Positions 7,395-20,000 of a stretch of DNA of 20,000 nt are shown here, piece after piece. A program made the position numbers and the translations under genes. How positions within the stretch are numbered: position 1 is the stretch's first letter; every line of letters starts with the position of its first letter. Under the pieces are notes generated by a model. It was not told the DNA's origin. It did not search any database and saw only the letters and a list, made by a program, of their open reading frames with translations. Location of the stretch: sequence record DRR723986_16857; one strand, 5' to 3'.

Positions 7395-7400
7395 ATTCTA
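7395..7400 (-). promoter_or_regulatory. Candidate sigma70-type -10 element (TAGAAT) for aspS
   Basis: ATTCTA on + reads TAGAAT on -, about 210 nt upstream of the aspS start. The only -35 candidate is poor (TAGCCG, 16-nt spacer). Confidence 0.35.
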
Positions 7401-7568
7401 GTGAGACGAGCGCAATCGGCTAGTACTTGTAGCAGAACGCAAGATTGGCCGGACTGGCGGCAGAGCAAGCTTGAAAGCAAGTCTGGTGCAAGGTAACTGC
7501 AGCAGACTGTGTCCGGTTAGCAGAATTTGCAGTGAGCACAATGAATTGGAGACTAGGAAGAACTGAGT

Positions 7569-8864
7569 CTATGAGGACTGCTTCCGCCGTTTAGCATTGA
7601 ATTCCGCTGCGGCAGGAGGAGCTGCACCGGATGCTGGGACGGGTTCTCCCAGTTGCTTCTTTATTTGAAGCTCGAGAGCGTCAATCTCTTTCATCAGTTC
7701 GGACTGCTCGCCCTCGGGGAGCCTGCTTGGCGAAGCTGGCGCAGTTCCAGGCCGAGCTGCCTGCGTGGCGTCGCCTTGTGCAGGAGGGCGACTTTGAGGG
7801 ATTAATTGCTGAGCACCTCCCGGAACCGGCTGGGGACGTACCGCAGCGGGAGTGGAGTGCATTTGCCTACCGGGTGCGGACGCTGAAGTCTGGACGCCAG
7901 CCCCAGTCGAGCCCGTTTGGTGTGCAACGGCTGGAACAACTCGATTCTGCAACAACGCGGCAAATCCGAATAACTCTTGTATAAGCGGCAGTTCTCGCTC
8001 GCTGATCGCTGGCGACCGAGCGGGGCCATGGGCGGTGACGGCGTAGCGAATCAACGGCGGATCTGAGGTGCCATCGGTTTGCAAGTACTTGCGGATCTGC
8101 TCCAGATTTCGCTCGGTGATCTGGGACGCTTTTTCGCCATAAGGGTGGATCAACTGCAAATCTGTCTTGGTGCGGTATCCGTGACAAGCCGCCTGGGAGC
8201 ACCGATTCTTGAGGATTGGCTGAATTGTCCGCGTGAATTCTCGCAAGACTGCTGGAGAGCTCGCTACCGAATCTGCCGTTGCCGAAGCTGGCTGGACGGC
8301 TTCAGAGTCAACTTCTTTCGGTGTTCTTTGGGCTAAGCGTGTTGGTTTAGGCGGTTCAGCGATGCCAAGGAATCTGCGAAAGCCTTCATCGTCGAGCATC
8401 CCTTCCTTCAGCTCGATTCCCAGTTGTCGCACGCTCGGATGCTTGGGGTGCAGGTCGGAGACGATGGTGTAGTGCTCGATGGCTTGTGAAATTAGGCCAT
8501 GCTGGATGCACCATCGCGACATCTGGAAGTGGTCTCCGGCTCCCCAGTGAATCACGCGGTTGGCTCGATAGTCGTAGACTTCCTCGATCGTTTCGCCTAT
8601 GAACAGCACTTGTTGCTTGGGCACCCACAGGCTCGAACGTTCGGCGAGACGCACTTCATAGCGGGCTCCGTCCTCGATGACCTGCCCTTTTTGAACGCGT
8701 TCACTGCCATTGGAGGCACGGACAAGGACAAAGGAGGTGCCCTCGCCCGACATGCCGTTGGCGCGTACCGCGGCTGAATCGCCCGTTGAAGCGGTTTGCG
8801 ATAGCGCAGGAGTGACTGCGGCGGTCCAGAGTAGTAACGCTTTGGCTATGTTTTTGCAGTTCAT
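7569..8864 (-). CDS. Secreted hypothetical protein with a CX4CH putative heme-binding motif and a Pro/Ala/Gln-rich tail
   Basis: 431-aa ORF. Signal-peptide-like N-terminus (MNCKNIAKALLLWTAAVTPALS-Q), a helical TPR-like stretch (HFQMSRWCIQHGLISQAIEHY) and FTRTIQPILKNRCSQAACHG. Confidence 0.8.
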   Translation of the reverse strand: MNCKNIAKALLLWTAAVTPALSQTASTGDSAAVRANGMSGEGTSFVLVRASNGSERVQKGQVIEDGARYEVRLAERSSLWVPKQQVLFIGETIEEVYDYRANRVIHWGAGDHFQMSRWCIQHGLISQAIEHYTIVSDLHPKHPSVRQLGIELKEGMLDDEGFRRFLGIAEPPKPTRLAQRTPKEVDSEAVQPASATADSVASSPAVLREFTRTIQPILKNRCSQAACHGYRTKTDLQLIHPYGEKASQITERNLEQIRKYLQTDGTSDPPLIRYAVTAHGPARSPAISERELPLIQELFGFAALLQNRVVPAVAHQTGSTGAGVQTSASAPGRQMHSTPAAVRPQPVPGGAQQLIPQSRPPAQGDATQAARPGTAPASPSRLPEGEQSELMKEIDALELQIKKQLGEPVPASGAAPPAAAEFNAKRRKQSS

Positions 8865-9055
8865 GGGGCTGACAGTAGGTTCTGTGAGCCTCGTGAGTCA
8901 AGATCAGCCGCTTTGAAGGGCATTTTCGCGATTCCATTGCTTAGGTCGCGATATTAAAGCTCGCCATAGTCAAGTTCCCGCCTAAGCAATGGCGACTGGC
9001 AGCTTCGTGAAGATTCGGCAGGATTGAGCGCGGGAGCGACTAAGGCAAACTAAGA

Positions 9056-9361
9056 ATGACCGATCCAACCTCCAAAGAAGAACTCCGCGTGATTTTCGAA
9101 GGCCGCGTCCAGGGCGTTGGTTTTCGCGCAACCGTGCACGAGCTCGCCGACGAGTTTGACGTCAGCGGATGGGTTGCTAACGCGGGTGACGGCACAGTTC
9201 ACATGACGGCCCAAGGGGCTCCGAAGGAACTTCGGCAGTTCATTGAGCGGATTCTCGAGGTTCGCAGGCGCTACGTGGTGAACCATCGTCAGCAGTGGCA
9301 AAGGGAAACGGTGAAGATGCGAGGCTTCGAAATCCGTCCTGACATCATGAATTGCCGATAA
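9056..9361 (+). CDS. acyP: Acylphosphatase
   Basis: Signature GRVQGVGFR and GWVANAGDGTV (catalytic Arg and Asn). 101 aa. Confidence 0.92.
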   Translation: MTDPTSKEELRVIFEGRVQGVGFRATVHELADEFDVSGWVANAGDGTVHMTAQGAPKELRQFIERILEVRRRYVVNHRQQWQRETVKMRGFEIRPDIMNCR

Positions 9362-9540
9362 TTCAACCGCTTTTCCGGCGGCAGTCGCTACTGAATACTT
9401 TTGGGCATAATCTCGGCAGGAGAGGCAAACTTTCGATGGGATGGCTGCGTACCACTGGGACGTAGATATGCGCTGACGTGGAACTGACAGTGAACCACCG
9501 CTCAGCTTCGTTTGACCCAACCATTTACTGAGTTCCATCG

Positions 9541-11307
9541 ATGGTCCCTACGCTGCTGAGTCTTCCGATTGGTCAAGCTGCACAAGTCAAGCAGTGGTGG
9601 GTTACCGCTTGGCTCACTCCGGTATGGTTCTTGGCCGTCGGCGTGGCGATGGGCCTTGTGATGTTGGCCGCGTTCACCCTGGTCTTCCGTCTGCTATCGT
9701 CTACTCCTCTGGAGAAGCTTTCTCGAGGACCGATGGGGCACGTCGTGGCGGCGATCCTGACGGCCGCAATAACTGGCGGCATTATCGCCTGCCTGCCCGA
9801 AGGTTTCTTCGGAAAGACAGATCTTCAAGAGCCGTTGCTACTCACGATTGCTCTGGCCCTATGCTGCGGGATTATTGGCTGGAGTATCGTCTTCTGCTCT
9901 GGCAAGCAGGCCGCCAACGACTCGATCCGAACGCTCACCGATGGTGCCGCCGGATATCTTGTCACTGCAGCGGGCATCGTGGTCGTCATCGGCGCGGTGA
10001 TCTGGGGCCTCAGCTCTGTTTCCAATCGAAAAATAGTCGAAGAGCCGTTAGCCGCCTTCAGCAGTATTCCAAAGCTGTTTACTACCGGCATTGAAGAGGT
10101 TGTCCTCAAGGTTCCTGCAGCGACCGGCGACGAAGCGAAATTTGAGAAGCAGGAACTCAACATTGATTTCGAGCTTTTGACGGAGCTGGAAATCACCAGT
10201 GATGTCGATGTGCTATTGGCTGACGCCGGTGAGAGCACTCAGCTTAATCGCGTGCCCGTTGATGTGCTTGCCGGCGAATCGATCGTTTGGCGAAACACCC
10301 AGCGTATCGAAGACTTGCCAATTCCGTACGAAGATGGCACGGACCTCTACATTCAGAACAAAGAAATCTACGAAGCGAACGTCACCGTCAGGACTCTAAC
10401 ACGCCCGCCGGTACCGCAGGCGACGTCGTTCTTGCTCACCGCGATCATGGTCACTTTGGTTGGTTTGAGCATTCTCCTGCAGCAAGCAGTAGCACCCCGA
10501 GTATCAGCGGTTGCTCATGCGACGCTCAAAAACGAGCTGGCTCAACCATTGTTCTTGGTTCTGATGTTGCTCGGTCTGGTCGCGATTTTGTTGTTCGAAT
10601 TCTTGTCGTTCAATACTTTTGGCGAAGATATCAAGCTGCTTAAGGATTGTGGAATCACAACAATCATGTTGCTGGCAGCCTTCCAGGGGATTTGGTCTGC
10701 GAGCAGTTCGATCAGCGAAGAGATCGAGGGAAAAACGGCACTGACCGTCTTGAGCAAGCCCATTCACCGCCGCAGCTTCATTATCGGTAAATTCATGGGC
10801 ATCTTTTGGGTGCTATGCCTGATGTTCGTGGTTCTCGGTCTGATCGAGATGTTCGCCGTGGCCTACAAGCCACTTTACGAAGCACGTGAGGCCTCTGAAG
10901 AAGCTCCCGTGTGGCAGCTTTGTCACCTGGAAATGTTCAGTACCGTCCCAGGGCTTCTCATGGCTTTGATGCAAGCTGTCGTGCTGACTGCCATTAGTGT
11001 AGCCCTAGCTACGCGTCTCCCGCAGTTGGCAAACCTTGCCGTATGCTTCGCCATCTACGTGATCGGCAACCTGACAACCTCGCTCGTTAGCAGTACCCAG
11101 GAAGGTTTCGAGATCGTTAAGTTCGTTGCACAATTGGTTGCGACGATCATCCCAATCCTCGAACACTTCTCGATGCAAGCAGCCATTGATGCGGGGAATT
11201 CGATTACGTTCTCGTTGCTGTCCGGTAGCCTGATCTACTGCTTGCTGTACGTCCTGCTGAGCATGTTCCTTGCTCTGTTGATGTTCGAGGATCGGGACCT
11301 AGCGTAG
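9541..11307 (+). CDS. ABC-2-type transporter permease-like membrane protein with an N-terminal extension
   Basis: The C-terminal half has the ABC-2 permease pattern (AVAHATLKNE...ISEEIEGKTALTVLSKPIHRRSFIIGKFMG...LMFEDRDL). The N-terminal half has about 4 TM segments and an acidic soluble domain of about 130 aa. Confidence 0.82.
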   Translation: MVPTLLSLPIGQAAQVKQWWVTAWLTPVWFLAVGVAMGLVMLAAFTLVFRLLSSTPLEKLSRGPMGHVVAAILTAAITGGIIACLPEGFFGKTDLQEPLLLTIALALCCGIIGWSIVFCSGKQAANDSIRTLTDGAAGYLVTAAGIVVVIGAVIWGLSSVSNRKIVEEPLAAFSSIPKLFTTGIEEVVLKVPAATGDEAKFEKQELNIDFELLTELEITSDVDVLLADAGESTQLNRVPVDVLAGESIVWRNTQRIEDLPIPYEDGTDLYIQNKEIYEANVTVRTLTRPPVPQATSFLLTAIMVTLVGLSILLQQAVAPRVSAVAHATLKNELAQPLFLVLMLLGLVAILLFEFLSFNTFGEDIKLLKDCGITTIMLLAAFQGIWSASSSISEEIEGKTALTVLSKPIHRRSFIIGKFMGIFWVLCLMFVVLGLIEMFAVAYKPLYEAREASEEAPVWQLCHLEMFSTVPGLLMALMQAVVLTAISVALATRLPQLANLAVCFAIYVIGNLTTSLVSSTQEGFEIVKFVAQLVATIIPILEHFSMQAAIDAGNSITFSLLSGSLIYCLLYVLLSMFLALLMFEDRDLA

Positions 11308-11355
11308 ATCCTTCGATCTACCGCAGAAGACTCTTGCCCAGAAAGCCAGATCACG

Positions 11356-11649
11356 ATGCCGATTGAGCTGCTTCAGATTCCTGACATGCACTTCTCAATT
11401 TGGATGGCGATTGGATTCAGTTTGGCTTTCTTGGTTGGTTACCAGCTACTGCTATTGTTCTATTGCCTCGGCAGGGCCGTGGATCCTTGGCCGGCTATTT
11501 CGGACGATGAATTCCTGCGGCGGTGCAGTCCTGGGACGCGACGGGAAACCGCGCTCAAAGTCCGAAAGATCATCTCTGAGCAACTCGGTGTGGAATACTA
11601 CCGAATTTACCCCGAGCACCATTTTCGCCACGACTTAGGCTGCGACTAG
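11356..11649 (+). CDS. Small membrane-anchored hypothetical protein with a truncated acyl-carrier-protein-like C-terminus
   Basis: 97-aa ORF filling the intergenic gap. One TM segment, then KVRKIISEQLGV....IYPEHHFRHDLGCD, which resembles ACP helix I plus loop. The start is uncertain (several Met). Confidence 0.6.
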   Translation: MPIELLQIPDMHFSIWMAIGFSLAFLVGYQLLLLFYCLGRAVDPWPAISDDEFLRRCSPGTRRETALKVRKIISEQLGVEYYRIYPEHHFRHDLGCD

Positions 11650-11785
11650 TCCGCTGGCCGGATGGTAGAGGCGGCGCTAATGCATCTGCAACTCCGCTCC
11701 CAGCGCTGATCTCGTACCCGCTATAGGCATCCGCGGCAGCCTGGCTCAAAATAGAGACGCCTGCTCAGCGAAGTGAGCAGCCTGA

Positions 11786-16311
<4,526 letters not shown>

Positions 16312-16387
16312 TGCTCCGCCCAGGGAACCATTGCTTTGGCGGAATTACAAGCGATGGTGATGCTAAGGCCGTTCAATGAAGCAAATG

Positions 16388-16777
16388 CTAGGAAGTGACA
16401 CGGACCATTGCTCGTGCTCTCGCTAACGCCTTGTCGCGAGCAGCCTGACTATCCGGCTTGTCAGCAGGCATGTTCTGCGCTTCCGTTAGGGCAGTGTTAG
16501 CATCGGAACTCTTGATTTCCGAGCGACTGACCAACCTGTCGGTCAGAACACTAACGGTCTCTCCGGAGACCTGAACAAAACCGCCTTCGATAAAGTATTC
16601 CTTGTTGCTACCAGCTTCCGCGATACGCAACACGCCAAATCCAAGTCGTCCGACCATTGGGCTGTGGCCGGGCAGGATACCGAGTTCACCATCGAACAGG
16701 GGCACGGTCACGCTCTTTGTCGTCACGTCGAGTTCGGTTCGTTCCGGAGTAACGACCATGCAACGTAGTTCGCTCAT
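16388..16777 (-). CDS. atpC: F1 ATP synthase epsilon subunit
   Basis: VVTPER, GELGILPGHSP and FIEGGFVQV, with C-terminal helices. Lies directly after atpD. Confidence 0.96.
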   Translation of the reverse strand: MSELRCMVVTPERTELDVTTKSVTVPLFDGELGILPGHSPMVGRLGFGVLRIAEAGSNKEYFIEGGFVQVSGETVSVLTDRLVSRSEIKSSDANTALTEAQNMPADKPDSQAARDKALARARAMVRVTS

Positions 16778-16843
16778 ACTTCAGGGCTCTAGCCCACTCC
16801 CGATTGCAGTCGTCGCGACCTTTGGGTGGCCGCAAGTTCGTGT

Positions 16844-16874
16844 CGTTTTGATGATGTGACGTTTTGACGATGTG
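16844..16874. repeat. Two-copy direct repeat with a 16-nt period (CGTTTTGAYGATGTG)
   Basis: cgttttgatgatgtg (16844-16858) and cgttttgacgatgtg (16860-16874) are 14/15 identical. Confidence 0.8.
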
Positions 16875-16932
16875 TTCATTGGGACCGGCTGTCCAAACTG
16901 TAGCTGGTCTGCCGGTCGAAAAGCGAAGTCGA

Positions 16933-18387
<1,455 letters not shown>

Positions 18388-18432
18388 TTAAATCCTCGAA
18401 TGGATCTTTGCGATAATTGTTTTTTAGTATTC

Positions 18433-18449
18433 GAGCTCTGCGAGAGCTC
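18433..18449 (-). other. Stem-loop in the atpG-atpD spacer (possible mRNA-stabilising or processing hairpin)
   Basis: GAGCTCT-gcg-AGAGCTC inverted repeat. On the transcribed (-) strand it is followed by an A-rich tract rather than a U-rich one, so it is not a canonical terminator for the operon. Confidence 0.4.
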
Positions 18450-18463
18450 AATGAAAGGTGGGC

Positions 18464-19342
18464 TTAGCCTTCGAGGGCTTCTACGCCACCGATAATTTCC
18501 ATGATTTCCTGAGTGATCTTCGATTGCCGTGCACGGTTGAACGTCATCGACAATTGCTTGATGATCTCGCCGGCGTTCTCGGTCGCACTCTTCATTGCGA
18601 TCATTCGAGCGATTTGTTCGCTAACCGCTGCATCGAGGAAACACTTGAACAGCTTCACGCGGAAGCTGGCTGGCACGACCTCTTCGAGAATGGATTCTGC
18701 CGAAGGCAGGAACTCAAAGTCTTGGTTCGTTTCGCTAGCTTCTGCTTCAGCATCGGCAGTCGGGCTCGAGAACGGCAATAGCGTCTCGACGACTGCTTCC
18801 TGACGAGCGGCAGAAATGAAGCGAGTGAACGCGACATCCAAGCGATCAATTTTGCCAGAGATGAAATCTTCCATCAGCCGATCGGCGATAATGGCGACTT
18901 CTTCAAAAGCGGGTTCGTCTTCAAAATTTGTGTAGGTCTGATCGATCGGAACGTTGCGGAACTTCATTGCTGAAATACCGCGTTTTCCACTGATTTCAAA
19001 GTTGACGTTGCTGCTGCCAGACAACTCGTTGAGTCGAATCGTAGCGGCGCGTGTGACAGAGCCGTTGTAGCCACCGCACAGCCCCCGGTTGCTGGTCAGC
19101 ATAAGAACGGTTGCATTCTCGACATTGGGGCGTTCTGCGAGCAGTGGGTGTGAAACCTCAAGCCCCGCAGCAGCGAGATCGCGAACAATCTGTGTGATGC
19201 GTTCCGTGTAATCATTCGCCGCAGCAGCCCGATCCATCGCCTTCTTGAAGCGAGCGGTCGCAATCAGCTCCATCGTTCGCGTAATCTTTCGAATGTTGCG
19301 AACGCTCTTGCGGCGTTTGTCGAGTTCTCTGATGTTGGCCAT
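18464..19342 (-). CDS. atpG: F1 ATP synthase gamma subunit
   Basis: KITRTMELIA, TSNRGLCGGYN, SEQIARMIAMKSATENA and NRARQSKITQEIMEIIGG. Confidence 0.98.
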   Translation of the reverse strand: MANIRELDKRRKSVRNIRKITRTMELIATARFKKAMDRAAAANDYTERITQIVRDLAAAGLEVSHPLLAERPNVENATVLMLTSNRGLCGGYNGSVTRAATIRLNELSGSSNVNFEISGKRGISAMKFRNVPIDQTYTNFEDEPAFEEVAIIADRLMEDFISGKIDRLDVAFTRFISAARQEAVVETLLPFSSPTADAEAEASETNQDFEFLPSAESILEEVVPASFRVKLFKCFLDAAVSEQIARMIAMKSATENAGEIIKQLSMTFNRARQSKITQEIMEIIGGVEALEG

Positions 19343-19485
19343 TGATGTGCCTAACTATCGGTGCAAATTGTCGGGTTGTCTATCTCGGGCGATCACCGGT
19401 GAACATCGTTGTGTCCTCCAGGCGGGGCCGAGTTGAACTGCCGGGCGCGAAAAGGTCGCCCGTGCAGTAGCTGGTTCAACCAACC

Positions 19486-20000
19486 TTAGGCTGGTTTGTA
19501 ACCCTTCTTGAATTCTTCAATCGCTGCCTTGATGCCAGACTCAACTTCATCGGTCAAGTCTTGAGCTTCATCGAGCTTCTTTAGCACGTCTTCCTTGCGA
19601 TCGTGCATGAACTCACGCAGCTTGGCTTCGAAATCGGCGATGTTCTCAACAGGCACGTCATCCATCAAACCACGGGTAGCAGCGTAAATGGAGACAACTT
19701 GATCGGTCACGCTCAACGGTTGGTAAAGCGGTTGCTTGAGGAGTTCAACCATTCGGTAACCCCGATCCAAGCGTGCTTGTGTGGCGGGGTCCAGGTCGGT
19801 ACCGAGCTGAGCAAACGCTTCCAGCTCACGGAACGAAGCCAAGTCAAGCCGCAAACCGCCGGCAACCTTCTTCATCGCCTTAATCTGAGCCGCACCACCC
19901 ACACGCGATACCGAAATACCGGCGTTCATCGCAGGTCGGATACCTTTGAAGAACAAGTCGGGTTGTAGGTAGATCTGACCATCGGTGATCGAAATCACGT
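19486..20000 (-). CDS. atpA: F1 ATP synthase alpha subunit, C-terminal part (truncated by the window edge)
   Basis: [40 protein letters not shown] and VELLKQ. The frame is open to the window end. Confidence 0.98.
   Translation of the reverse strand, partial: VISITDGQIYLQPDLFFKGIRPAMNAGISVSRVGGAAQIKAMKKVAGGLRLDLASFRELEAFAQLGTDLDPATQARLDRGYRMVELLKQPLYQPLSVTDQVVSIYAATRGLMDDVPVENIADFEAKLREFMHDRKEDVLKKLDEAQDLTDEVESGIKAAIEEFKKGYKPA

Noticed and set aside
9050-9538. 162-aa minus-strand ORF
   Set aside because: Antisense shadow of the well-supported acylphosphatase gene.
11304-11321. Hairpin GTAGATC-cttc-GATCTAC over the permease stop codon as a terminator
   Set aside because: The stem is weak and there is no U-tract, so a terminator call is not supported.
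11761-11780. Inverted repeat CTGCTCA-N6-TGAGCAG upstream of ligA
   Set aside because: A single 7-bp stem with no U-tract and no second copy seen. I cannot distinguish it from chance.

Overview
This is a gene-dense bacterial window with no RNA genes, mobile elements or CRISPR arrays that I can see. Gene content suggests a planctomycete (Pirellulales-like): a CsrA-receiver fusion, an 'F..IQPIL...C....CHG' secreted protein and an extended ABC-2 permease. That taxonomy is inference. The right two-thirds is mostly housekeeping: aspS (non-discriminating signature), acylphosphatase, an orphan ABC-2-type permease, ligA, a YfhO-like membrane protein and the distal end of the F1 ATP synthase operon (atpA partial, atpG, atpD, atpC). 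The first 5.4 kb is a compact signalling island and the most interesting part. It contains a lipoprotein solute-binding protein with no adjacent transporter, translationally coupled to a membrane PAS histidine kinase, plus a divergent single-domain receiver. It also contains a convergent gene fusing a CsrA-type RNA-binding domain, a His-containing DHp/HisKA-like hairpin and a complete receiver domain, whose upstream region carries CsrA-consensus sites. Together these suggest a ligand-to-phosphorelay-to-translation control circuit. Other oddities are a membrane-anchored half-ACP that stops exactly at the phosphopantetheine Ser position, a structured aspS leader, a CX4CH putative heme motif and a 16-nt-period direct repeat in the atpD-atpC spacer.
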